Below, piece after piece: positions 27,173 through 40,028 of a DNA stretch of 64,000 nucleotides. The position numbers were made by a program, and so were the translations under genes. This DNA is from Phoronis australis (taxonomy: Eukaryota; Animalia; Phoronida), in NCBI GenBank assembly GCA_002633005.1, contig NMRA01000208.1, positions 62,001-126,000 of the forward strand, given 5' to 3'. The notes under the pieces were generated by a model. The model did not search any database. It was given only the letters and a program-made list of their open reading frames with translations, and was not told the origin of the DNA. The stretch's first letter is position 1; every line of letters begins with the position of its first letter.

Positions 27173-28203
27173 AGGGGGACTCTTTTTGTAGCCTACGGCA
27201 GTTAAAACCTGGTCTCCGAAACGGGTGAAATCGGAAGCTTGGATTCATCAAATTTACGCGCTGTGACGTATGTGTAACCTATGACAGACTAGCTACAAAA
27301 CTGTGGTGCATTGCTATCAAACTCTGTTGTTAAATTACGATCTTTTTAAAAAATGTACTGAAATCCCAGGGCGAAAACTTGCCGACTGATGCGTCGTTGC
27401 TTCGCGATCGTCGATAGGACAACTTGAATTCTTGAGTGAAAATAGTCTCGACTCAAATTACCTGAAATCCTCCCAAATAGCCTTTCCTAAGATTCTTAAG
27501 TTCCTGTGGACTCGGAGTCGGGATTAACCACAGATTAAGTCAAAATCTGCGCTAGATCGCACCCCGCAACGAGAAAAATCTGGACGAACACATATGTTGT
27601 TGTCACGTGACGTTTGTATTGAAGTGAATCAGCTGGTGTGCACCGAGTGAGCGAGCGCGTGCGTGTCATCAGTGTTCATTTGCCAGAGTAGCAGGCCCAA
27701 TGAGTTGTATAATGTAGTATATTTATCTCATTGAGCAGGCCCACATGTTATATGTGGGCCCTAGCGCGCGNCGTTTTCGATCAGTATTTAAAGATGGCGC
27801 GGGAAGATGGCGCTTTCGTGAAATAGGTGAATATGACCGCTAACACGACTTTGGGAGAGTTGGGATTTATTTGTCCGCTAACACGACTATGGAAGTTCTC
27901 TCGCTAAGTTTTTGTCTTGATTTGTGTACAGGTACAGAGATTCAAATTTATTATTATCTTGACTAAAATTTGACAGTTGCCCCCAAATTTCTGTCTGCTT
28001 AGGCAATCCAGAATGTTTTAGGCCAAGTGGGCGAAATATGCTGTTTTATGCTTCGTCTTCTTTAATGCAAAGTTCTTCTATATAATGGATTGACTCTACA
28101 TGAGAGTTTTACATCTATTGTAGAATACATCCCATTCGATGACTGCTAATCAGGTTTTAGGAGGTCATACGAAGTAGCGACCGTTTGACTTGCAGTTGTA
28201 AAA

Positions 28204-28456
28204 CTAGGGCCCGTTCCAAGAAACTGACTTAAGCTCATTTTCTACTTAAGTCTACGATTTGTCTCAACTTCCAAACGTTGAAACTTCCACATACCGTAAG
28301 TTGGTAATATTTAAGACAAAACGTAAGTCAAAAACTTTAAGACAAACTTAAAATTCCTTTCTTGAAACAGACTTGAGACAAATTTAAGTTTTATCTTAAA
28401 TTTACTGAAATTTAAGATTTGTCTTTGTTAAGTCAGTTTTCTTGGAACGGTCCCAG
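28204..28456. mobile_element. MITE family B, copy 1 (PIF/Harbinger-like)
   Basis: TIRs gggcccgttccaagaaactgacttaa ... taagtcagttttcttggaacggtccc; full-length homologue at 61557-61810. Confidence 0.8.
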
Positions 28457-29282
28457 GTCTCAACTTGTTCCTCACTGACACCACGTGACATTAAGCATAC
28501 TTGCAGAAGCTGGTCTTAAGAAATGACAAAATGTCTGTTCTCTCGACTCCCTCAAATCGCCTCCAATTTGACTGAGGAAAATTTTTAGATCAATTTTGTA
28601 ATGCGAAGAGTTCTAAAGCAAAAGTGAATTTTTGCGATGGAAGTCCCGTATGTAGGCGAACTCATGAATATTAAAGAAGCTATGTCTCATTAAATTGTGA
28701 TTATGGAAATGGAGTTCTAGTTTACAAGCAACCTAAAGTCTTCTGGTTTGCCGGAAACCATCCGAGAACCAGTTACCATGACAATCTTGCTAGTCATGTA
28801 TGTGAGATGATAATTACTTATCATTTATCTTTTGCTTCTGGTATAATCATCAACAACTGACAAGAAGGACTTTCTAGTTATGTGGCTTGGTTGAAAAAGG
28901 CGGAGTTGCTAAAAGTTTTAATGACAGTAAATTCCATAGCAAGTGCACACAGCGGAACAAACGAATGCAACCAAATCTCACGCATGCGCAGTGGCCGTGA
29001 GATCAGATTTCGAATTCCAAGGCTAAAGTTCTGTGTATTCATACAGTTTTCGACATAGTTGAAGAAGGGCAGCAAGTCCACTGATTTGTGCACCCCTTTG
29101 CGCCCACTGAGAAGTAACATTGTCTCCTTTACTCTCCTTGAGGTCGGTTTACCGTGTATGCCCATGCGCCGTTGCGGACACTGTCACGACATCATTTAGT
29201 CGTAGGTACATGTAGACGCTTTTGTAGGAAGTAGATCGATTACAGAAGAAAGGAATATTTCAACATCTTATTTTCATTATAG

Positions 29283-29803
29283 GGGCTTACCGCTTCCGGG
29301 ACATGATTCCATGGGATGATGACGTCGACGTAGCTATTATGTTTAATCAGATCAACTCGATTCAGAAAGCCGTAGATAATGCGCAGGACGGTTCCAGATT
29401 AGCTTGGGGTGACCACGGATTGAGCCTCAAGTTTTACAACGATGCCATGGGCAAGCCGGTGCACAGTTACGGGCAAAGGGGGTTTGAAGATTACGGGAGA
29501 CGATATCCAGATTTGGACTTATTCCTTTATCGCGAAAACTCTACACACGTGTGGGATCTAGAGGTACAATCGATGAGAAAGCACAACTTTAGGAAGTCGT
29601 CCATTTTCCCTTTGAAACGACTGAATTTCGGTGCGGTAAAAGTACAAGTACCCAAAGACGTTCGGAGGACTTTATCAAAAGTTTACGATATGCGGTACTG
29701 TGTATCGAATCATTTGGATCACAATACGGGTGATTTGTTAGATCCAGTGTCTGTGCAGTGTGAAATGCTTGCAAAGATATATAAGTTTTACAATTCGGAG
29801 TAA
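29283..29803 (+). CDS. LicD/fukutin-family phosphotransferase, exon 2 (catalytic domain)
   Basis: Acceptor ttttcattatag|GG. The spliced frame reads GSLLGAYRFRDMIPWDDDVDV (LicD signature GTLLGAxRxxxxIPWDDDxD), later YPDLDLF, IFPLKRLNFG and VPKD...L...Y. Stop TAA ends at 29803. Total CDS 924 nt = 307 aa. Confidence 0.92.
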
Positions 29804-30633
29804 ACGAGCATAAGTGATGAAGATACTGTTCCTCGTTGGCACGTCACGTGGTACATTTTAGTAGTCAAGATCTCGCGAGATCGCCTTTAGTCGCTCTTAG
29901 TTATGGTTATTCAATTTCACTCACGTCAATATTTTGGTGTTCAAATCGCATTATAATGTGAAAGTCAATAATTGTTTCATTATATGGTTGCATACGATAA
30001 AGAGGTTACGTTTGACCTTTCCATCGCCGTCATTCAGCTATCGGTATTTTACCCAAAGCGTTGTGGAGATTTTTGACTGAAAAATACAGATGCTCGGATT
30101 GAGTGGAGGAACTGTTGATTATGTTTTGGAGAAGATGTAATTTTTACTGTCTTACAATGTCGCTTTCAATGAAAAACAATAGGCAGGCATCTGTGACAGT
30201 AAGCTGTGCGCACTCTTATCGTGCACGCGCTAAATACAATCCGCAAATGGCGTGTATTGAAATACAGCGAATGAACGTTTTAGCCCTTGAAGGCACATCG
30301 CTTGTACAACAAACCTTTCCATTCGTGCTCGCCCGTAAAATCATCTCCCCTTTGCCAACGGTGTCGCGCCGGGCAATCGCCAGCCATGTTAATTAGTGCT
30401 TAGCAACGTGGCGGCGACGCTTTAACGGCACTGTCAGTTCGCCAGATCGTAAAAATGCGCCACATGAAAATGGCGGTGGATAGCAGCGTGCAATTCTTGG
30501 ATTAGAAGAAGCTTTATTCTCAGGAACACCTACCGCCTGAATGCCTTCAGTTTACCCCCCAAACCATGGTATTCTAGTCCCATAAAAATGTTAATAAAAG
30601 GAAAATAAATAATGTTATTACTGACATCTTGTG

Positions 30634-31218
30634 CTCGCTGGTTCCCTACATGCCTAGTCAGCACGTAGGTCTCACACAGTGGCACGCGCTTTAACATTGG
30701 TTGATGTAACCTCGACAGTCATTGTATAGCTTTACAACAACGTGAAAAAATGGCGGACTGATCGTGAACGATTTTTAGCCTTGTCATGTAAGTGGCGTAG
30801 CCAACTATTTCGTTTCTGTAGTAATGTTTAATTGAGCCGCGTGCTTGAAACACATGCTACATGTACAATAAACATACATATGGCCGATTAAATCGTAGTG
30901 TTATTCATATTGTATGAATACAGGGCAGTATCGTAAACAAAAGTCATCCCGCGACAGTAGAAAGGTGCACTCCGAAAAGGCGCAACCACAATTTCTGGGA
31001 TTCACATTTCCTGAACATGAATTTCAAGCACCGATTTGTCTGTACAACAAACCACATTTACACTTAATCCATCAGTCATGCCAGTTTGTTTGCGTAAAAC
31101 GCTGCATGATGAGAATTCAACCAGCCAATCAGAAACGCCGGAGTAAAAATTTCCCGAGGAAAATTAGGTGATACCTGCGTGCTGGCTACCACCTAGGGGA
31201 ACGCAGGAAACCAGCGAG
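30634..31218. mobile_element. Putative non-autonomous TIR element (family C)
   Basis: Ends ctcgctggttccc ... ggaaaccagcgag; the same terminus occurs on the short palindrome at 61823-61895. Confidence 0.5.
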
Positions 31219-31479
31219 ACATCTAGTGTACAGTAACTTACTACTTTATTCAATATTGGAGTGGAGTGATTCCGGAATATTACACTGCATTTCCAACTTG
31301 TGCACATGTGTCCTGTCATAGTTTTCCTTAAGCTTTACACAAATTCACATAACTGTCACCCAGAGATAACCGCATAGCGTTAAAATCGTCAACAATTCTC
31401 ACAAGCAAGTGTTTGAAGTTATGTTGCCCAGCATTTGTTAACGTAAGACTCGAATTCTGACACTGGCATTGGTGGACTA

Positions 31480-31860
31480 GGCATAAACTGTATAAAACAA
31501 TTTGGTTCTTGTGAGTAATATCCATTCTTTTCTTTTGCATTTAAAGCCAACTTTCCATTTTTTAACATCATCGTACTTCCCTGGATCATCATGTTCTTTC
31601 ATCGGCTTTTTGGATACTTAATTTCAAAACATGTTTGTGGGTTGATCATGCCATCAGGGCTACATGGGAAATACGGTTTCGCTGGGGCTCACAAGTGTCG
31701 CGCACTGCAGGTAGACCATTTTCAGTTTCCAGACCTAAGTATCTGAAGAGGCGTCTTGGCGCTGCATAATGTTAATGCAATTGTGTTTTGAGAATCCTCA
31801 CTGTCGACTATGGCGTGAAAATGCTTAAGAGGGATAGTGGGACCTGTGATGACTTGGTCC
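31480..31860 (-). pseudogene. Decayed YqaJ/lambda-exonuclease-like PD-(D/E)XK nuclease fragment, probably transposon-derived
   Basis: Minus strand reads KPYFPCSPDGMINPQTCFEIKYPKKP (SPDG...EIKxP motif) and, after a frameshift, KNGYYSQ (YY-x-Q motif). Interrupted by frameshifts and stops. Confidence 0.7.
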
Positions 31861-33433
31861 CAGTTTGTATTCAACTGGTGGTTTATATTTTACGGTTATT
31901 TAAAAACAGGTGTGACGTCAGAAATCTTGTGACATAAAAAGTATAATAGGCTTGCGAGTTCGGAGGCGTGCTAGTGGCGCAATGGTAAAATAGTAGGTTG
32001 GGAAAAACCGAGACAGAATCCGGATGACACAGCTTCATTTTAAAATTAGTTTAAATCGCGTTACCGCAGCAGCGGTCAATATCGCGATATATTGACTCGG
32101 TAACACAGGTTAAAAATTCCATAATCTGTCATATTTATATAATAATGGTCCATATTGGATAATGTGTGAATAATGGAAGTAATCATGTAACAACCTCGGC
32201 AGTTTTCAGTTGAGCCATTTTAATTCAGAGAACGATACATGATCACAGTTTTAAACCAATGAAAACAACTATAGACTCTTTTTCTGTTGTGACCGGTCAC
32301 GTAACTACACGAACATCAAACGAGACTTTGCGTGATACTCAAGGAGTTTATTAATTCAAAACATCGCGTAGCGCACAGCTAACATTGGAATCATTGATTC
32401 AGTTTTAACACCAAATAAAATAGACTACAAAAATAAAATCACGTACAACAAAAATAAATTTGTTGAAATTGGTCTATGTTTACATGAAATGAACAATAAA
32501 CAGATAATCACTTGCAGTTTTTCTCACAAAGCATCAAGAACCCAACTGGCCACTGTAGCTAATCTATGAACATACCTCACCATTCGGTATATGACCGTAG
32601 TGTCCAACAACTCCCCAGAGCCGCGTATATCACAAATCAATCCACCTAACACATTTTCTTGTTGCCTCATGAAAAAGGTTTGCGAAATAACTTTGAGTTT
32701 ACCGCAGTGTGTCTGTTGAAAATTGATTAAGTAACGAGGCCTAAAAATAACACCGACTTCGAAACATCAAACATTTGTAAATCAATTAGTAATACCATAA
32801 AGCACATGTAAACTGATAACCAACGCAAGAAAGCATAGTTTCGTGTCTTCACTTCCTGTCTGTCTCTCATATACGTTCACTATGGGTTTACTACTGAAAA
32901 ACAACGAATTAGACAAATTCATTGAAGCAAGCTGTCCTAAGCTCCCGCAAATTCTTTTATTCGACACCAGGACATTAACAAATGAAATTTTGGGTCATAG
33001 TTTTTTCTTCAGACATGCATTGTATCATATCAAGTTCATTTCTTAAATCTTTCGGGACTCTACACTGACATCGGACTATTTTCAAGACCAATCGTCTGCG
33101 TGGACGGACAAAAGGGTTATGAAGAGTTAGCTTTGCTTGAGCTGTCTTGAATCTTTTTCCCAGTTACTTCGTGAAATTTTCTAATTACGAAATAAAAGTC
33201 GCTGGGAGATCTATCATAGCTTTTCTAGGGAAATAAATTAACCGATATGAAAAAGTGTGGACATTTAAACGTTACATCAAACAATGGAACTTAAAAGGCC
33301 TTCAGAAAATTAGGCAAAGAATTTCTTACACGACAACAGGCTATACATATACATAGTTATACATATACATAAACATTTACATATACGTATATATGTGTAT
33401 ATATATATATCTATGGTAGTTATAAAGTGCTCT

Positions 33434-33643
33434 CTAGAAATCACCAAATACGATGTACTGTTCAACGCAAGAAGCTGAACATTCTTGTAAATCCTCCGTG
33501 TCCGGAATCCGCCTATGTTCGCTCTTCATTTTAAGGAAGAGTTGAGCTGCTGCCAACTTGCACCAGTCGTCCGAGCAAAGTTGATCTCCTTCTGCCAAGA
33601 ACCCTTCGTCACAACCCTCATGAGAAATGTCATGCACACCACC
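33434..33643 (-). CDS. Same precursor, last coding exon: rest of the conodipine-like PLA2 domain
   Basis: Acceptor tgtctttttcag|GGT, phase 0. Encodes GGVHDISHEGCDEGFLAEGDQLCSDDWCKLAAAQLFLKMKSEHRRIPDTEDLQECSASCVEQYIVFGDF*, with the CD-x-x-F...L-C PLA2 helix. Confidence 0.85.
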   Translation of the reverse strand, partial: GGVHDISHEGCDEGFLAEGDQLCSDDWCKLAAAQLFLKMKSEHRRIPDTEDLQECSASCVEQYIVFGDF

Positions 33644-33949
33644 CTGAAAAAGACAAAGTTTAACGTGATTCATTTCTTAAATTGCAACACGTTAAGCTTC
33701 GTACACGTACGTGTGGGCTTGTTTGATCAACGTTCGACCTTAGGACGAAAATCATGATGTTTTTGTCTCACTTCCTGAGATTAGCTCAAGCAAGAACTCG
33801 GCTGTTGTCAGAAATTAACACACACACAGTTCTTGCAGTTGTCACGCATACACACAGACTTGGCACGCACGCACGCACGCACGCACGCAATATACAAAAA
33901 TAACTCCAAGCAAACCAAGTTGCAAAGATAGCAGTCTGATGAGAGACAC

Positions 33950-36900
33950 TTGGGGAAATCAAACAAGGAGCTTAGAACTGGGGTCGACGACGAAGTCCAG
34001 AAGACCAAAGGCAACCAAGGCACAGACGATGACGCTGACAACAATAGCGATGGTGCTTGTCAGCTGCTCAAACGTCGATGCGACAACACAGAGACAGGAC
34101 AACCGATGACAACGAAGTCGCTGCTAGTGACAATGACGCCCCCTATACCGAAGATGATAATGACGATGACGCCATCGTCGACGACGACAGTAACGCTCGC
34201 ACAATATCGGCAGCTGACAACGGGATGCCAAACCCGACCGCGGCTTTGACGGGGTTAAGACCGAAACTTACCACGTCAATGACTAAAACGACAACGAGGC
34301 CAGCATTGTCATAAAGCGATTAGAACAAATCTAAGACTAGAGCGCCTCCAGCGGCCACGTCAAGAAGCTGTCGTAACTGCAACCAACCGTTCGGCAATTA
34401 AAACGCCGATGACAATGAACACAACATCAATGTCGAAGGCAGCGCCATCCCAATTCGTAACTGCCCACCCGGTCTCTCCTCCCTGAAAAGTGAATTTCCC
34501 TGCTGACTACATTATTGTTCCACAATTTTTATACTACCTAAACAAAATTTTGCCATATTTTTAATTATTTTTAGCACAAAACACGAATTTTTCATATTTG
34601 AAAGGAAACATTAAATACTTATATTTTACACGTGTGGCGGGACGGGCGTTCCCGTATGATTTCCCAGCCGTCACCATGGGGACGACAACTGGCAACTGAC
34701 GACGGTGTTGACGACGATGGCCACTAAATAAGGATGCGTGGTCTATGTAGATTTGATTTCAACCGGATAGCACTTGTAGCGTGCGTATGATAGCTCTACA
34801 AAAACAGCGAATGTTTGGCCAAAAATGATCTGGTCAGTATATTTCAAATTACTCGGAAGTGGATAGGATGATGAGAGAACGTTTGACGAGATGATTTCAT
34901 GTTGGTCGAAAGAAAAATGCAACATGTAGCACAGTCTGATAAATCAGTAAAAGTGCAGTGTTAAAACAATCAATCACAGTCATCTGACTAGTATACCTCA
35001 AATATCTCAAGAACGGTAGAACGGAACGAAAAGGGATGAATGCCGCAGATAGCCTTTGGTGAGATGAGATAATATCCACATACCAAATTTCATAAATAAC
35101 CGTTAAGGGAAACCCAAGTTACGGCACGAAAAATTAATAAAGTAAAAAAGATTCGTCCAAAAATCTCAAATAACCCTAGAATATCGTAAAGACAAAAGGA
35201 CAGTAAAACAGATAGCGCCTGACACAATCTAACCACTAACCAAATTTCAGAACGTTCCGTCAAGGGACGTTAGAGACGCCGCTCCGCAAAGCAAATATCG
35301 AAAAACGATCGCAAAATCGCTATCTTGCGTCTGATTTGAAACAAAAACACTGGACTTCGAGCTATTAAGGAGACACAGGTCTTGGGAATAACAGGAAGGG
35401 TATAGAATCCATGTTGCTCTTGAGCCTTGAGACACACCAATGTCGGACTTAAGACGTCGGTAAATTTCAAATGACTCTGGAACCTTAAGTCGCAGCCAGA
35501 AAGTTTCTGTTAACTTCTTTTACCACTTGACAAGACCTACCTACATATCAAATTTAAGACAGTTCATTCAAAGGATGTCGGAGCTACGGCACAGAAAGAC
35601 AAAAAACGTAAGAACAGTCATTGGAAATTATCTCAAATAACTCGAGAAGGGCATGACGTCGAGAGAAACAGGTACAGCGCTTGTCAAGATCTACCTACAG
35701 ATCCGGACTTCATGAAAAAACAACAAACTTGGAGAAATTTGATTTTACAAAGAAATGAAAGCACTCTTATGAGAGACACTTGGTAAAACCACATGAAGGA
35801 CTTAGAACATAGGTCGACGACGAAAGCGATAACGCCAACGACGATAACACTCATGACACCAACGACAACTGATACACCGCTGAATGTGTTGGCTTTAACA
35901 ACAGCGTAGAAGTGAGGTGGTCGATGTTACCAAGAAAACCAACGACCACGACACCTAAGGCACTGTCGTCAAGGCAAAAAACGACTAAGGAATCAGTCGG
36001 GAGAAGAGCAGTCAAAAATCAGAAAATTTCAAGTAACTTGGGAATAGTTAATCGCACCGAGAAACACTGCCACAGTAGGGATAGGTCTTAAGAAGATCTA
36101 TCAACACAACGAATTTGATAAGATTCCCTCAAGCGACCACGAAATTCCAAAAAGGGCGTCACAGTGCCATCTTCTGTCCGATTTCGCCCACAACAACAGG
36201 CCTCTAGGTTTTCACAGAAAGGCAATGCGTGTCAATTTCAAGTCGCTCGGACAATAAATGCAACCTGTAATGCAAGCGTGATAGAGGAGCCAAAGTTCAA
36301 TGAGGCATTGGCCAATCGAAGAACAGTTATCTGACCAGTGGCTCTTAATTGACTCGAGAACGGTAAGTTGGAAAGATAGCCCTTGACGAGAGCTATGTCC
36401 ATGTCAACTTTCAGAAACATTCATCAAAGGACGCCGGAAATACGGCACGAAAACTTAATAAATATAGCAGTCCCGGAGTACACGGCGATAGAACTTGCCT
36501 TTTTCCCGGAGATTAGAAAGCGCGTGACTTAGTTTTGGGGATCAGGCACATTTTCGTGTCAGTCATTGATGTCGGGAAGGCAAAGAATTTCAAATCACGC
36601 ATCCACGGGTATTTGTCCAGTTTATCAAACTTTTTCACGGCGGAGTTGCAGCCCAGGGCACAGTAGTAATACTTCGTTGTTATTGGAATGACGAATAGAG
36701 TAATACAACTGAGAAAAATTTGTAAAGGATCAGACAAATAACATATGAAACTCCAGTGGCACGAAAACGAGGCAGCAAATGTGTCTGACTGATGGTTACG
36801 GCATTGTTGGTGAATACAGTGTGATTCGAGTGTCGCTGTGTAACCTAGGACAGCCCTATTAAAGAACATTCACCGGAAACCTTCAAATAACTCAAGAACA

Positions 36901-38400
36901 GTAGGTTACATAGAAAAATGACTCTATCCAAGCCGGGGCTCCGCAAACCAAAGAATTGAAAAGTGGCAGCCACAGCGCTATCTTGTGTCCAATTTCGTAT
37001 GGCCAATACACATACCAAGTTTTAGAAATTTCCGTTTTAGAAACGCCGAAGATACTATTCCACGCAAAGTGAAACAGCGAAAAACGGACACCACAGCGCC
37101 AATTTGACTCTGAATTTGAACCAAAAAACAGTAGACCTCGAGTTGTTAATGAGACACATGTTGCGTGTAAATTTCATATTAATTGTGCAAATAACAGGAA
37201 GGACATAGAATCAATGCTGCTTTTAGCCCCGAGAGGTAACACTACGCTGAAGCCTAAGAAGTGTAACGGTAGCGAGATAACACTACGCTGAAGCCTAAGA
37301 AGTGTAACAGTAGCGAGGTAACACTACGCTGAAGCCTAAGAAGTGTAACAGTAGCGAGGTAACACTACGCTGAAGCCTAAGAAGTGTAACAGTAGCGAGG
37401 TAACACTACGCTGAAGCCTAAGAAGTGTAACAGTAGCGAGGTAACACTACGCTGAAGCCTAAGAAGTGTAACAGTAGCGAGGTAACACTACGCTGAAGCC
37501 TAAGAAGTGTAACAGTAGCGAGGTAACACTACGCTGAAGCCTAAGAAGTGTAACAGTAGCGAGGTAACACTACGCTGAAGCCTAAGAAGTGTAACAGTAG
37601 CGAGGTAACACTACGCTGAAGCCTAAGAAGTGTAACAGTAGCGAGGTAACACTACGCTGAAGCCTAAGAAGTGTAACAGTAGCGAGGTAACACTACGCTG
37701 AAGCCTAAGAAGTGTAACAGTAGCGAGGTAACACTACGCTGAAGCCTAAGAAGTGTAACAGTAGCGAGGTAACACTACGCTGAAGCCTAAGAAGTGTAAC
37801 AGTAGCGAGGTAACACTACGCTGAAGCCTAAGAAGTGTAACAGTAGCGAGGTAACACTACGCTGAAGCCTAAGAAGTGTAACAGTAGCTTAGATCCAGAA
37901 TCCTGTTGTCATATTGTTATAGCACTTGGCGAGATCTGTTTACAGGTCAAATTTCAGGCAGATTAGTCAAGGACGCCGTATCTAAGTATCAAAAGTAAAA
38001 ACAATAAATGAACAACCGCCGGAAGCACAATTCCGATAGTCTCGCGAGTTCTTCCGATAGTCTCTCGAGATCTATGCACAAATCAATCCGTCAAAGGGCG
38101 GCAGAACCAGAGCTCTGTGAAGCGAACATTTTAAAAAATGCCTGTCACAGTGCCACCTTTGGACCGATTTGCCAAAAAACAATAAGCCTCGAGATTTTGA
38201 AGAGATACACTTTTATGTGAATTTTGGGTTAATTGGACGACAAATGTGGCCTGCACAGTATAGTATGTACGAATAAGAAAGTAAAAAAAAACTTCACGAC
38301 AAGGAGAGGAGAAGTTTCGTTTCACCAACTGCAACGGTTTCGCACTGGTTGAGATTTTATGGTAGTGTTCATTAAAGCAGCAAGTAACATGGGCAAGCAT
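33950..38400. repeat. Old degenerate repeat tract in the last intron of the PLA2-like gene
   Basis: GAC/GAT/AAC-rich low-complexity stretches plus recurring diverged modules (taccaaatttca, ctacctaca, cacagcgc(t/c)a, tacggcac). The block at 35340-35460 is clearly homologous to 37120-37270. Confidence 0.6.
37233..37888. repeat. Minisatellite, 16 x 41 bp
   Basis: Unit GAGGTAACACTACGCTGAAGCCTAAGAAGTGTAACAGTAGC, head-to-tail with no spacers, 656 bp = 16 units. Only the first two units show substitutions. Confidence 0.97.
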
Positions 38401-39099
38401 TGTCGAAGTTTAGAATAGATGAAAACTTACGCTATACAGGTAAAGATTAACAGGAAGCAACAGCCTTGTGTTCCGTGGACACAATACAGTCAAAGAAACG
38501 CAAGATCGCGCGAGATATCACCATGCATTTTTGGCTTTTCTCGCAACTGCAAAGGGTGTAAGGAACGCAACCCAGTTTATTCCGATAACAGCTGCATGGG
38601 AGTTCATTCAACTCACCCAAGTCCAATTAACACTTCCTATGTGACAGATTGCATATTTATGAATGAAATGAGACTACTGTTGATGTCAGCGAAGCTTAAA
38701 CGTCCCCGTGTTCATTAAGACCGAAAACTTGTTAGCGGCATTGTGTAACACGGCAATCAACCACCGATGGATTAATTGAAGAAAATATATCTCACCTTGT
38801 TTATTTGTGTTCTGAGTTTCAGAAACATTACAGATCGGTGATCTATTGTTCGTATATAATTTCTCTTCACCATTGGTTAAATTGTACTCCGAGATCCAAG
38901 AGAGAGCGTAGTGAGGTCTCTCGTCAATGCGTGATTTCCTGTCTTTGCATCGGTTTTTCGATCTTTCTTAGTTTGATTGTTTCCGAATATATCGCAATTT
39001 TTGGTCTTTATCCGTCTCGATTAATTTTTGCTTTTGTTGGTGGTTTAAAAGAGATTATTTTACCTTTACTTCTGATGTGTTATTTTGTATTTAACAAAG

Positions 39100-39560
39100 T
39101 TTTCTTGAAACTTGCCTGGGGCGAAGCCAAAGTTTCCTTGTCTTCATTTCAAGATAATTTGGCTGGCAGTAAGCCAAGTGCCAATAGATTGAGGAGTGAG
39201 CAGTCAGCTATTGAGACCGAGGCTGACTCTCTGGAGCCTGCTGGGAAAGCAGCCGCGTTGGATATTGAGACTGGCTCATTTTGCAGCCCAGGGGAGCCGA
39301 GTAACTCTTTGTTAGGGACTCTCCGCAATTATGATCCGCCTTACCTCGTGTAGGACAAAATGAAGCAGCCAACAGGTTGTCACGCCCTATCTGACTCTGA
39401 GTCAGAGTCAGCAGATAGTGCACGGAATGAGACTGTGCGATGCATTGGGCGATATCGCCAAACACTTGTTTCGATCAGGATTTGAACAAGGGCTTTCCCC
39501 AAAGTATATGACAGGTTTGCCGAGTATAACTTGGTGTCCGCTCCGTCGACCCAATGCACT
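39100..39560 (+). mobile_element. Possible decayed retroelement gag-like fragment (DIRS-like?)
   Basis: Broken frames give LCDALGDIAKHLFRSGFEQG and KYDRFAEYNLVSAP, loosely like DIRS gag regions. Flanked by a diverged direct repeat cgcaagatc...cgcgagatatcaccatgcat at ~38500 and ~39565. Confidence 0.3.
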
Positions 39561-40028
39561 CGCGCAAGATCACGTACGATTTCGCGAGATATCACCATGC
39601 ATAACAAGGAGAGCACGTGACCACACTATCTTTACTCACGTTATACTTGAGTCTATGAAACCCAGCATAACATACGTGAATATTGCAATTCGGAAAGTAT
39701 CCACGACAGACAATTGCGGACATGTAACTTTTCTCGTCAGCGACGTCATAGCAAAGGTATACGTAGTAGCAAAAGTTTCGTTAAACCTCTCAAAAAGGAA
39801 TAGCAGCATATATAAATGAACTGAATGAAGAACGAGTTGAAAGAATAATCACAGAAACAGTTATAATCAGAGTCCTTCCTGCAAGAAAGTCGTGGTACAG
39901 TGTTTTAGTAACGTTTGTAAGTAAGCATAATTAAATTCGTTTTTTGTACATGAAGATTGAAGACTGTCTCTAAGCACAACGTAGGACAAAAGACAGACAC
40001 AAAACGTCGACTTTAACTAATTACTTAC

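Noticed and set aside
33950-34314. Asp/Thr-rich plus-strand ORFs
   Set aside because: They arise from GAC/GAT/AAC low-complexity DNA, are open in several frames and have no splice support.
37233-37888. CRISPR-like regular array
   Set aside because: The units are contiguous with no unique spacers, there are no cas genes and the context is eukaryotic; it is a minisatellite.
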